Assembly (NCBI GenBank): GCA_951406725.2
Contig: OX597834.1
Location: forward strand, 25,048,001 to 25,112,000
Reading direction: 5' to 3'
Source: Octopus vulgaris
Lineage: Eukaryota
Length of the DNA stretch: 64,000 nt
The notes under the pieces were generated by a model. That model was not told the DNA's origin, did not search any database, and saw nothing but the letters and a program-made list of their open reading frames with translations. Positions 23,950-37,095 of this stretch are shown piece after piece. Every line of letters begins with the position of its first letter. Position 1 is the stretch's first letter. Position numbers and translations under genes: made by a program.

Positions 23950-26194
23950 GTTTGTGCATACATATAATTTTCCTGTCACACTTTCTCTTTCTCTCTTTCT
24001 TTCCCTATCTCTCTTCTTTCTCTCTCTCTCACTCTCTCTGTATATATACATACCCCACCCACATATACACACGTACTTTAATGGCTCTGTATGTGTGCTT
24101 CTATTTTCTTTGCTCGACAATCTCGTCTTACGTAACTGATGTAACAATTTCCTGTCTATTTGCTGTAATCGTGCCTGCACTGTGCACTCACTGCATATTA
24201 GTTTAACATTTCAAGTGCATAACTGCAAGATAAACACCATCATTTGCAACAGATTCATTGCTTCATTGTGAAGCAGTCACTTATATTCTTCACCACCACC
24301 ACCAACAGCGCCACTATCACCTTCTCCACCATCATCACCATCACCACCATCACTGTATTTGCAAAGAGCTAATGAGGCAGCCTCTACGTGATCCCTTAAT
24401 CTGCTAGAAATAGCAGCTAGATCATCGCCACTTTAATTATTCCTTAACGTCTTGCAATGGGAGGGACACAGACTCATTGTTTGATGTATTCCTAGATACA
24501 TAATGCTCGATGAAATAGCGAGACGGTGAAGCCTGAAGACGATCGAACCTGAAAAAGGCTGACTCGAGATTAAACAACTAAATTCAGCGTGAAAAAATGC
24601 ACCAATATACCAAATTTGAAAATTCAGAATTCATTTTTAAAAAATTTCAAAATCTGTGACAGCAACAGAAAAGATCTTTCGCTATATGCATTTACCACAC
24701 TTTCTCCCACTCTTTCTTTGTGTATGTATATCGCTCAGGCTGAGGATGTGTGTGTGTGTATATATGTATGTGTACGAGCGTGTTCATGTGTGTGTGTGCG
24801 TGCATGCGTCAGTGTGTGTGTGTGTGTGTATGTGTGTGTGTGTATGCTTGTGTGTAAGGAATTTCATTAGGGCAACAGAGTGGAAAGACCCACACAAAGC
24901 ATCAGCAGCGAACTAAGAAAAATTATACAACAAATGAAAAAAATATATAAATTTAGTTTATCAATGCATTATGAATTGCCCCAAATAATGCAGAAATCCA
25001 TCCTGATTAGGAGGCCTATCCATTGGAGAAGACATGGTCTGACATGGAATAAAAAGAATTGAAATAAAGGCATTCTATTCTGAAAATTGCCCCGCAACGA
25101 CGGGATACTTAGCTAGTTTCTGTGTGTGTGCGTGTGTGAGCCGTGTATATGTGAATGTGTATATATATCTATATATATAAATATATATGCATACACACAC
25201 ACACGAATATATTATGTGTATTTGTGGTGGTGGTGGTGGTGGGTGTTATTGTTGCTGTTGTTGTTAGAGGTGGTGGTGGTGATGGTGGTGGTGGTGGTGG
25301 TGGTGGTGGTGGTGGTGGTGGTGGTGGTTGTGGTGGCCATGCGTTCTCAATCAATACTTTGAACCCTTGAGGATCTGCTGTTAGGCAATATGAAATCGAT
25401 TCAGGTTTATAATTAGGATGAACAGTGATGGTCATGCTGGGGTTGCCGATGGGGGTGATGAATATAATTAACACCAGGAATCCATTCAAAATTAAGAAGT
25501 TAAAATTTAATGAAAATTTAGGATAAAGAGTGCGTTGATTGTGTACTTGTTGCTGTTGATGATGCTGGTGGTGGTGGTGGTGGTGGTGGTGGTGGTGGTG
25601 GTGGTGGTGGTGGTGGTGGTGGAGGTGTTTTGGTAGTGGCGGTGGTGGTGGTGGTGACGGTGGTGACGGTGGTGGTGGTGGTGGTGGCAGTAGTGGCGGC
25701 GTAGGCGTCGCTGATGGTGGGGGTGGCGGTGTTGGTGATGGTTTTAATGATGATGTTAATGGTGAAGATTATGGTTTTGATGGTGGTGGTGGTCGACTTT
25801 TGGGTCTGAAGGTATTGATGGTGAGGTCGTGATGGCGGTGGTAGTAGTGGCGGCGGCAGTGGTATGGATCGTCCCCGTCACTGCTCCACCGCCTCAATCT
25901 ACTTCACTGCCACCATTGTGTTACTTGTGAAACTCTTCAGATGTTAACATCATTGTCGTTAGCAACAATAACAACAACGACAACAATATCAACAACAACA
26001 ACAACATCAACGACTGAAACTTCAATATCAACAACAATGCTATTCATATAAATATTTCGAATGAAATATAAATTGGTTTGATTGAAGTGGGGGGGGGGAG
26101 ACAGGGGAATATCTTGGTCGGAGAAGAATAATGAGCGATGTTAGAGGGGAGAAGGGGGGAAAGGGGAGAGAAAGAAGGAAAGGATTAACGAACA

Positions 26195-26195
26195 A

Positions 26196-26239
<44 letters not shown>

Positions 26240-26247
26240 GAGGAAGC

Positions 26248-26283
<36 letters not shown>

Positions 26284-26291
26284 GAGGAAGG

Positions 26292-26323
<32 letters not shown>

Positions 26324-26373
26324 AAGAAAGAAAGATAGAAAGAAAGAAAGAAAGAAAGAGAGGAAGAAAGAGA

Positions 26374-26443
<70 letters not shown>

Positions 26444-26464
26444 GAGGAAGATAGAAAGAAAGAA
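26195..26464. repeat. (GAAA)n microsatellite
   Basis: Directly visible. Confidence 0.95.
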
Positions 26465-26951
26465 ATATTTAAAAGTTCTCTTCTCAACCATCAGGTCGAG
26501 GGTTCGGTCCTGCTGCATGGTATCTTGAGCAAATGTCCTTTCCTAGTGCCTCGAGTCTATCCTTAATATTTTGTATGAAAGTGGGGCAGTAAGAATCGTA
26601 TTGGTTGAATTCTACCTGTAATTTCAAAGACACGACCTTGTCATGTATTCATTGCGCTTCGCAGATTCTGCCTGAGCAGCACGTTTAGGGGCACAGGTGT
26701 CTGCGGAATACTCAGCCACTTATATGTGAACTGAAGAGCAGGTAATTCAGTTGATCGAACAACTGGATCTTCATCGTTGAGCGACCGAAGTCCACCTCCA
26801 TGTGTATATGTGTGTGTGTGTGTGTGTTTGTGTACGTGATACGTACATATCTGTCTATCTATCGATTGATCTGTCTTCTGTCTATAAATTTCTTTCTCTC
26901 TCTCATATATATATATATATGAGAGAGAGAAAGAAATTTATAGACAGATCA

Positions 26952-27022
<71 letters not shown>

Positions 27023-27548
27023 CATGCATACATATATATATATATAAATATAAAATATATACATACACATACATATATATATATATTATATAAATACATA
27101 CATGTATATATGTATGTATGCATGTACGTACGTATGTATGCGTGTACGTACGTGCGTATGTATGTGTGCGTGTATGTATGTATGTATGTATGTATGTATG
27201 AATGCATGTATGTATGTATGTATGTATGTATGTATGTATGTATGTATGTATGTATGAATGTATGTATGTATGTACGTGTGTATGTATGTGTGCGTGTATG
27301 TATGTATGTATTTGGAAAATAGTGTTTATCGATCTGTAATTCTCCCGACAGTGCCATCAACTATTCTCATACATTTATTCTTTCTTTTTATCTTCTTTGT
27401 TCTATTCTTTTTTTGTTTCCCTATTTATTTGTCTTTGAAATAATTCCCACAAAAGCACCCTTCTATCAAATACTTATTTTACAAAAAAGAAAAACAACAA
27501 AAACAAAAACAACAATAACAACAACAAGAGAGAATCCGTCATATGTGT

Positions 27549-27642
<94 letters not shown>

Positions 27643-27731
27643 TTTTACTTGTTTCAATCATTAGACTGCGGCCATGCTGGGGTTACCGTCAAGAGTAATC
27701 TATAGACAGATAGGTAGGTTGGTAGATAGAT

Positions 27732-27821
<90 letters not shown>

Positions 27822-27982
27822 TCTGGATGGATGTCTTATCGTAAATGCATTCATAAACAAGGTACAGCACTGGGGAATGGGTATTAACAGTTTAGGCCTA
27901 TCGACATGCAATTTGGCTTAAGTAGTTTTTCGACTTACATCGTGTCTCCTTGAACCAATTAACGAGTTAGGGTAAGGTATAC

Positions 27983-28018
<36 letters not shown>

Positions 28019-28214
28019 GTGCATATATGGGTACAGGACATCAAATAACGTAGACAAAATGAGAAACAAGAGCATAAAAAAACAAAAACATAGAAAACAA
28101 ACATATATGTAGGTATGTATATAGGCATATATTTATATATTATTTATATTATTATATGATCGAACGCCACGCATCCATTTCCAAGTAAGTTTTATCTCTC
28201 TCTCTCTCTTTCTA

Positions 28215-28268
<54 letters not shown>

Positions 28269-28487
28269 TTGTTTTATGTGAACGAATGAGAAGTGAGTGC
28301 TTAATACAAGATGTAGAGGATATGATTTTTCTATATTCAAGCTGAAACTGAAAGATTGTCATCCGACTCGTTTCACGTCACAGAGATTTGCAGTTTCGAC
28401 GAAATATCTCACGTCGCGAGACGAGCTCTCAGCTTCCGTTTTAATTAAAACTATATATATATATAGAAATATTGCATTTCTAAATAT

Positions 28488-28860
28488 CTCAGTGGTTAGA
28501 GCGTCGAGCTTACGATCGTGAGGCGTGGCTCAGTGGTTAGAGCGTCGAGCTTACGATCGTGAGGTTCTGAGCTCGAATCTCGGACCGGGCTGCGTGTTGT
28601 GTTCTTGAGCAAGACACTTTATTTTCACGTTGCTCCAGTTCACTCAGGTGTAGAAATGAGTTGCGACGTCACAGGTGCCAAGCTGTATCGGCCCTTGCCT
28701 TTCCCTTGGACAACATCGGTGACGTGGAGAGGGGAGACCGGTGTGCATGGGCGACTGCTGGTCTTCCATAAAACAACCTTGCCCAGACCTGTGCCTCAGA
28801 GGGTAACTCTCTAGGTGCAAACCCATGGTCAGTGTCTGACCGAAGGGAGTCACAACAACA
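28488..28860 (+). mobile_element. tRNA-derived CORE-like SINE with a duplicated 5' head
   Basis: ctcagtggttagagcgtcgagcttacgatcgtgagg occurs twice (28488, 28530). Central ttgagcaagacactttattttcacgttgctccagttcactcag resembles the CORE domain. (CAA)n tail and 11-bp TSD aaatatctcag (28482-28492 / 28862-28872). Confidence 0.85.
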
Positions 28861-28898
28861 AAAATATCTCAGAGCGATATAAGCAGTAGTGGTACGAT

Positions 28899-29221
28899 AG
28901 AGTAGTTGTATGCTGTCAGCTTAATGTGACAGTCCCATGAAGAGAATCACACCACTGCTATTTAGCCCACTGCTATTTAAACTTAGATAAGCACCTCCAG
29001 CTAGCAGTCCATGCTATTCCAGACTGATGACGAGCAAGACTCAGAAACTAGTCTCTGGGTGCAGGCTTAGCTGGGTGGGGGTGCTTGTCTCCCCCTTGCA
29101 AACATAAGGACACAGGAAATGTGTCAAGGCCGACAGGAAGCCTTGATGCTTCCTAGGGCTAAATAGCGGTGGTGTGATTTCCTTTATGGGACTGTCACAT
29201 TAAGTTGACAGTATACAACTA

Positions 29222-29225
<4 letters not shown>
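28899..29225 (+). mobile_element. 327-bp non-coding element with 70-bp inverted arms enclosing a hammerhead motif (non-autonomous Penelope-like derivative)
   Basis: Arm 28899-28968 (agagtagttgtatgctgtcagcttaatgtgacagtccca...tttagccc) is a near reverse complement of 29156-29225. The hammerhead is at 29019-29058. Confidence 0.7.
29019..29058 (+). ncRNA. Minimal type I hammerhead ribozyme motif (Penelope-like-element type)
   Basis: ccaga-CTGATGA-c gag caaga ctc a-GAAAC-TA-GTC-tctgg: perfect 5-bp stem I, canonical core, 3-bp stem II, palindromic CUAG stem III, GUC cleavage triplet (cut after 29053). Confidence 0.75.
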
Positions 29226-29320
<95 letters not shown>

Positions 29321-29331
29321 GATAGATAGAT

Positions 29332-29410
<79 letters not shown>

Positions 29411-29552
29411 ACATCCTATATTTCAGTAAAAGGAAGATGGAAAAAAACATATCTTCCCTCAGTGTTTTTGTTGAAAATAGAGACCCCCACCCCTTATGCA
29501 AAGGACTTTATTGTCAAAGTTATTGTCAAAGACAACGCGTCATTCAGAGATG

Positions 29553-29611
29553 GATAATAATAATAACAACAACAATAATAATAATAATAATTATTATTAT
29601 TATTATAATGG

Positions 29612-29708
<97 letters not shown>

Positions 29709-29716
29709 TATAATAG

Positions 29717-29773
<57 letters not shown>
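29553..29773. repeat. Compound (AAT)n/(GAT)n microsatellite
   Basis: Directly visible. Confidence 0.95.
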
Positions 29774-29774
<1 letters not shown>

Positions 29775-30198
29775 ATAAGCTTGTATAATACAAGTATTTC
29801 CTGAAACATTAAATTAATGATGAACACATCACATTGTATTGTTCCAGAGCTGTTTGTAGTGGAAGGAAGCGATTGGGGAAGAGGGATTAATCATGACTAA
29901 AGTTTAAAGTAAACAGGGTAAGATCGATGAAGTGGACGGAATGGTTTGTATGGGGTGGGGGGAGAAATAGGAGAGAAAGGGAGTAGTGGTGGAGGAGGAA
30001 ATGAATAATGAAGAGGTACGTTGAGGTATGTATGTGTGTGTGTGTGTATGAGGAGGGTAAATTGTGATGGACAGCTAAAGTTCAGATTGCTTTGTAGCTA
30101 AATTATTAAATAAATAGATTGTTAGATAGATAAAGAGAGAGAGAGAAAGGGAGAGACAAAGAGAGAGAGAGAGAGAGAGATGGATGGTTGGATGAATG

Positions 30199-30339
<141 letters not shown>

Positions 30340-30443
30340 TGACAGAGAGAGACACAATGGAAGAAAGAGAAATTTAGAAAAACGAGAGAAAGCTTGTGTG
30401 CATGTGAGAGAGTGAGAGAGAGTAAAAGAGAAAGAGAGAGTGA

Positions 30444-30495
<52 letters not shown>

Positions 30496-31307
30496 GAAAA
30501 GACTGGGAGCAGACACTGAAATCAAAGTCGTTGTCTTTCGATGCTACTAAAGTCCTTTGCATCATTTCCAACATTCTTATACATTTCAAGAACTTCAAAG
30601 ACTCTCCTCTTTAAACATCCCCGATTCTACAGAACCAATGAGGGTGCCTCCTCATAGTCATTCTATCTACTGGAAACAGCAGCTAAATTTCCTTCAGATC
30701 AGAACACCCTACCGATTCTGATTGGTTAAAATACCCAAATGTTTGCATATTTTAAAGGCTAATAACTTTTTAATTGTGGATTTATAGGGAAAATGAATTT
30801 CATTTTCATAATAAGTATACAAAACTTAATCGGTATACCAAATTTGAAAACAATTGGAACAAAATTGTAGGCAGTGACGAAAACCACAAAGATCCCATTA
30901 AAAATGAAAGTAAATAAGCATTACATTTGCGTAAAAGGGTTAAATTTATATGAGATCCGTCAAAACTCTATCAGGACTCCATTCCCCATAAGCTACCACT
31001 TTTGAAGGTCCTTACTTTAGACATTGTCATCGTAGAGTGCTTCCTTTAAATCATCATATTTCGTATTTTGCCATAAATCCATTAATGTAAAAACACATTG
31101 TCTAAAAGAAGTTGATCTGCAATGACGAAGCACAACACATATTACTACAATCACGTTCGAATCGCCTGATGTTGTATTAAAATGAATATGAACGTCATTA
31201 TTTTGGTTTTTGTTGTTCTCTGTCCACCTGATGGTTTATTGTCCATCAGATGATAATTCATCATTCAACTTCTATTTGATAGTTCCTTTAGAATTAGTTA
31301 TTAATGT

Positions 31308-31686
31308 GGAGGCGCAATGGCCCAGTGGTTAGGGCAGCGGACTCGCGGTCGGAGGATCGCGGTTTCGATTCCCAGACCGGGCATTGTGAGTGTTTATTGA
31401 GCGAAGACACCTAAAGCTCCACGAGGCTCCGGCAGGGGATGGTGGTGAACCCTGCTGTACTCTTTCGCCACAACTTTCTCTCGCTCTTTCTTCCTGTTTC
31501 TCTTGTACCTGTATTTCAAAGGGCCAGCCTTGACACACTCTGTGTCACGCTGAATCTCCTCGAGAACTACGTTAAGGGTACACGTGTCTGTGGAGTGCTC
31601 AGCCACTTGCACGTTAATATCACGAGCAAGCTGTTCCGTTGATCGTATCAGCTGGGACCCTCATCGTCGCAACCGACGGAGTGCTC
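31308..31686 (+). mobile_element. tRNA-derived SINE, family A, flanked by a 70-bp direct repeat
   Basis: Same head and body as the 7061 and 47128 copies. Flanks 31237-31306 and 31694-31763 match at 67/70 nt. Confidence 0.9.
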
Positions 31687-31814
31687 CTATCTATATTGTC
31701 CATCAGATGATAATTCATTAGTCAACTTCTATTTGATAGTTCCTTTAGAATTAGTCATTAATGCATCATCTGGAAACACTTTAATGTTAATATTGCAATA
31801 TATATATATATATT

Positions 31815-32191
31815 GCTGTGTGGTAAGAACTTGCGTCCCAAACACATGGTCCCGGGATCAGTCCTACTGCGTAGCACCTTGGACATAGTAGAGGCTATAG
31901 TACTGGATTTGATAGATGAGTGGATTTAGTGGACGGAAACTAAAAGAAGCCCGTCGTATATGTATGTGTACGTGTGTGTGTGTGTGTCTTTGTGCATGTG
32001 TTTGTCCCCCACCACTGCTTGACAACCGGTGTTGGTGTCTTTGCGTCCATGTAACTTAACGATTCGGCAAAAGAGACCGACAGATTAAGTAGCAAGCCTT
32101 AAAAAAATTCAGTCCTGGAGTCGATTTGTTCGAAGGGAAGTGCTCCAGCATGTCCACGGTCTCATGACTGAAACAAGTAAAAGATAAAAGA
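31815..32191 (+). mobile_element. SINE family B (diverged)
   Basis: Homolog of 5234..5667. Confidence 0.8.
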
Positions 32192-32195
32192 TATA

Positions 32196-32236
<41 letters not shown>

Positions 32237-32481
32237 AGTTTTTGTTTGTTTTATACTTTTTAAAGCCCAAACTATTTCAACCCTGGATCCCTGTTGACTT
32301 TCTGCAAAAAGTTATTCTGTTCTAGAAGACATAAATCACATCTTTTCAATGATACTTTTCCCTTTTTCTGTTACCCCTTCTTATCTGTCCCTTTTCTTTT
32401 CCCTCTCATTCTCTCCCAACCACCACCACCACCACCGCTTCCCTTCTCTCTCTTTCTTTTCATCCATCCATCCATCCATCC

Positions 32482-32559
<78 letters not shown>

Positions 32560-33624
32560 GTCTGTCTGTCTGTCTGTTTACCAACCTCTCTCTCTCTCTC
32601 TCTTTAATCATCATTCTATCTCACACTCTTCCTCTTTCACTTTTCTAAATTTCTATTTCTCTCCGCTCGCGCGCACACACATACCTGCACACTTACACAA
32701 ACACACACACACTTATAGAAATACCCCCACACGTATATAATATATACATACATACTTTTCCTGTATCTCCCTCCATCCTAATTCCTACTCTTCTTTGTTT
32801 CTTTCTTTCTTTCTCTCTCCCCCTCTCTCTCTCTCTCCTTCTCTTTCTCGCTTTCTCATAAAAAATAAAATCAAGAAACCCTGATGTTTACTTAGTAACA
32901 CAATAGATCCAATTAATTGAAACCTCATCGATAGATCAAACGGGGCGGTGAATGGTTGATTTGCTCAATCGATTGGTGTTGAGGAACCACTTCATCGCGT
33001 CCCGTCGCATTTCGTCCGATCTCGAGAAATACAATTTCCCCAATCGCACCACAAGCATCTCCCCCACAACCGCATCCACTCCACGCGGCCACCACCACCA
33101 CACCTTTCCTCCGCTGCTCCACCATCACTTCATTTTTATATCAACACCATCACCACCACTACCAACACCTCCGGTCCACTACCAGCTTCACCGCATCACC
33201 ACTATCACTACCGCCAGAATCACACCTCCACGACACACCTCCACCGCCACCACCACTACCACAACCACCCATTCCCACCAACACTGCCACCACCACCACC
33301 ACTACCCCACCATTCTAATCCTCTCTGTCTCTTAGTCACAACCAACCACCGTACAATGGACACCAAACAGTATATTCTCTCTTTAAATGTTGGACGCAAT
33401 TTTATTTTTCATTTTGTTGGTAGTTATGGTGGCGTTGGTCATGAGAGCAGCTATATTAGTGGAGATGGCGGAGGCGGCGGCGGCAGGCGTGGCAATGGTG
33501 CTGAGGGTTTGATGATGGGTAGTACTTTTTTTAAATATTTGCCTTGATTAATTAACTTAACGCATACACGCACACGCAGACATACGCGTATGCATACATA
33601 CATAAAACGGACACATACATACAC

Positions 33625-33735
<111 letters not shown>

Positions 33736-33838
33736 ATCCATAATCCAAACAAGAAAGCACACAAAAAAACACAACAACGCGAGGACGTGGAACAAATATA
33801 GTATTATTAGACGCTCAGGAAAGAAGGAAAGAAGGAGG

Positions 33839-33873
33839 GTTTAACGTTTCGAGCGGAGCTCTTCGTCGGAAAC
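33839..33873 (-). ncRNA. Minimal hammerhead-like motif (CCGACGA core variant) inside a ~200-bp element at 33731..33930
   Basis: Minus strand reads gttt-CCGACGA-a-gagc tcc gctc-GAAAC-GTT-aaac: 4-bp stems I and II, and an AACGUU palindrome in place of stem III. Confidence 0.6.
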
Positions 33874-33930
33874 ATAGGAGAAGGAAAGACCCAGAGGAGG
33901 GAAGAGAGAGGAAGAAAAATCGCCAACGGT

Positions 33931-33980
<50 letters not shown>

Positions 33981-33987
33981 GTATACA

Positions 33988-34031
<44 letters not shown>

Positions 34032-34409
34032 TGTATGTGTACATATATATATATACACACATACAAACACACACACTCATGTATGTACAAACATAAAAGC
34101 AAACATATGTGCGCAAACATTTGCTGTAGATGCAATCATGCATACCAAAGCTTGTGTATACAAGAGGAAATGCAAAAGTATACAGACAGAAGCGTATATA
34201 AACACAAGCAAGCACGTACACGTATACACTGCACGCGCCAATCAAAATAGAGCAGCGTAAAACACTGTGTGTATACACATGCTTGCGTGTATATACACAA
34301 CATACATACATACATACATACATACATACATACATACATACATACATACATACATACATACATACATACATACAGAAGGCACACAGACAGGCAGATTAAA
34401 AATATTTAA

Positions 34410-34549
34410 ACGTCCACCAAGTTAAAACTCAACCGGTCAGATATCGTTGTGTGGGACCACAAAAAGAAAATGTGTTTTGTTGTGGGAATCAGCTGCCTCT
34501 GGACATCAATGTGGTTCGAAGCATACAAGACATCTATGGACCACTGATA
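34410..34549 (+). mobile_element. Fragment of a restriction-like endonuclease (RLE) domain from an R2-group non-LTR retrotransposon (R4/Dong/NeSL-like)
   Basis: [46 protein letters not shown] (one frameshift) resembles the RLE motif N-R-P-D-I-V-x-W-D...E-x-S-C-P-x-D-x-N...Y-x-x-L. Confidence 0.65.
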
Positions 34550-34710
34550 ACTATATTTGTTCCACGTCCTCGCGTTGTTGTGTTTTTTGTGCTTTCTTGT
34601 TTGTATTAACTTTATATATATATACCAAGCCTTAAAAAAAATTCAGTCGTGGGGTCGATTTGTTCGACTAAAACAAATCGACTCAGGGAATTCCCTGATG
34701 ACATTCTTAC

Positions 34711-34746
34711 CCATAAAAATGAATTTTTATAAATTTATTATTGGGT
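34711..34746 (-). CDS. Candidate start-codon exon of the CAP gene (5' UTR + ATG G)
   Basis: tttcaattcAG| ... ATG G|GTAAGA; 36 nt with an in-frame TAA upstream. Phase 1 fits exon 22872..23033 and would give MASIKF... Support comes only from splice motifs. Confidence 0.3.
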
Positions 34747-35199
34747 CTGAATTGAAACAATTGTAGGATTATAATATTTATATTTTTTTATATTATATTA
34801 TGATAATGATATAATATTATGTTAATAAATTAAAATGTGCCAGTCGTAAATCTCCATTTTCTTTTCATTTTAGATATATACATATATATATATATAGTAG
34901 CGCTAACAGATTATCTTAAATATTGCGTATATCTTAGTGACCTAGTATTTTATCGTCGCAAATGAAGACGTGTTCTCTTCTGATAATTACAGCAGCGACG
35001 TGCATATTCACGTGGCAGAAAATAATAAGAGAAAATATGCAAGTCATCGCAATTCATCGTTTCTAACGACGTTGTTGTTCACTATGCAATTAACGGTTCA
35101 TTATCGGTCGGCAGATATCATCACGGATCAACGAAATGTTTGCTGTAATTTTAAAATGCCACCGGCTCTTGTTAGATTCATTGGTCCAAGTACTTCTGA

Positions 35200-35233
35200 C
35201 TGACGAGGTACAACACGTCGAAACACCAGTGTC
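35200..35233 (+). ncRNA. Degenerate hammerhead-like motif followed by AATAAA (pLTR-like remnant)
   Basis: CTGACGA-ggtacaacacgtc-GAAAC-AC-CA-GT-GTC with a near-palindromic stem III. Stems I and II pair poorly. AATAAA lies about 45 nt downstream. Confidence 0.45.
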
Positions 35234-35401
35234 CAAGACTCTCTTACACTATTGAATTGTTTACGTGCGTAAAACAATAAACTGTGATTTAAATAGCATA
35301 CAGCTACTATTTCTGACAGGTTGAGTTACAACATATAAAATTGAGCCTTATTGTTCTACGTGTTTGTCTAAGATCGTTGAATACGACTTGAGAGATATGT
35401 A

Positions 35402-35432
<31 letters not shown>

Positions 35433-35540
35433 ATGTATGTATGTATGTATATATGTATGTATGTATATATGTATGTATGTATGTATTTATGTATGTAATG
35501 TATGTATGTATGTATGTATGTATGTATGTATGTATGTATG

Positions 35541-35572
<32 letters not shown>

Positions 35573-35819
35573 AGTATAGGCCTCTTACTGGGTAAGCATT
35601 CAACATATAAAGAACTCGGGAGATTAAATGTAGATACTTATATATGTATGAGACTTAAGTAGCAGATTGCGAATATTGAGTAACTAGCTGGTGTAATTCC
35701 CGGGAGTAAAGATGTTCTATTGAAACGCCTTATTACTCTGATATAAGAAAGCAATTTCGTTATAACTGCCACAAAAGGTGTATTTTCCGTCACCAAAACG
35801 TACAAAAACTGTCAGCTGG

Positions 35820-36047
35820 AGGAGGCAGAGATTGTTGAAGGTTGGTGAGAGAGGTTTTCGGAGGTTGGTGAAAAAGATTGTCGGAGGTTGGTGAGAGATG
35901 TCGGAGGTTGGCAAGAGAGGTTGTTGGTGGTTGGCGAGAGAGGTTGTCGGAGGGTGGCGAGAGAGGTTCCCGGAAATTGGCGAGAGGTTGTCGGAGGGTG
36001 GCAAGAGAGGTTGTCGGAGGTTGGCGAGAGAGGTTGTCGGAGGGAGA
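35820..36047 (+). repeat. 23-bp G-rich minisatellite, about 10 degenerate units
   Basis: Unit ggaggttggcgagagaggttgtc; it accounts for the repetitive ORFs at 35717-36180. Confidence 0.85.
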
Positions 36048-36189
36048 GGCATCTTTGTTCCAAATTTTCAGTCTTGCAGGGGTTTGTGATACACAATGTT
36101 TTTTGGTTTTGATAGGATACAGACTAAATAGAAGAGAAAAAAATGTCGGGAGGCGAGAGAAAGGAGAAAGAAAAAGATAAACACACTCA

Positions 36190-36230
<41 letters not shown>

Positions 36231-36331
36231 GTATATGTGTGTGTGTGTGTGTGTGTATGTGTGTGCACGCGCATATACTCACATGCGCAGACTCAGTTAA
36301 ACATACATACATACACACACAAACACAAACA

Positions 36332-36420
<89 letters not shown>

Positions 36421-36896
36421 GTGTGTGTATGTACGTGTGTATGTATTGGAGCAGCTTTTCTTTTATACATTTTTATATTTGTTCCATTGCAAACGTAACT
36501 CTCCATTGGGCACAACTATTTTTTTTTGTGTCTATATTTTGTTCTTCACTTTTCGAATTTTTATCTACTCGTACCTATTGTAATCTCTCACGTTATCCAT
36601 CTGTCCATCTCGAATATTTCCCTCGTTCCATTTGTGTTATTTCACCAAAAGTACTTTTCCTGAAGGTTTTTTTCCTCTGCATTTCCCACAGTGAGGAGTC
36701 AAAACCCATTCTGCTAAAATTTACTTTCCTCAAATGGAGAGAGAGAGAGAAAGAGAGAGAGGGGGATTGGTAAATTGGTTTAAATAAAGAAAACGTGATC
36801 AAGATGACTGGGAAATGTTTTGACTAGAAACAAACTCCGAACATCAAAGTCGACAATCAAAGTGAATTAATTGATACTTTCTAGAGATCGATAACG

Positions 36897-36932
<36 letters not shown>

Positions 36933-37050
36933 GTGTGTGTGTATGTGTGTGTGTGAGTGTATGCATGGTGGAGGAGCGGCGGCGGTGCAGAAAGAGGTGA
37001 CCAAGTTCAAGCAACCTTATCGAAAATGAATTAGTTGATTGACTGAAACG

Positions 37051-37095
<45 letters not shown>

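Noticed and set aside
31308-31380. tRNA-like sequences (also at 7335-7406, 28525-28590, 42600-42672 and 47128-47200)
   Set aside because: They are SINE heads continuing into SINE bodies (TSDs visible at the 7061, 28488 and 31308 copies), not standalone tRNA genes.
32890-33070. CpG-rich unique segment as a possible CAP gene exon
   Set aside because: No convincing donor/acceptor pair in a compatible phase and no recognisable translation.
35717-36180. Repetitive LRQPLSPT / REVVGGW ORFs, and a possible CRISPR-like array
   Set aside because: This is a contiguous 23-bp minisatellite (unit not a multiple of 3) with no unique spacers and no cas genes, in a eukaryotic context.
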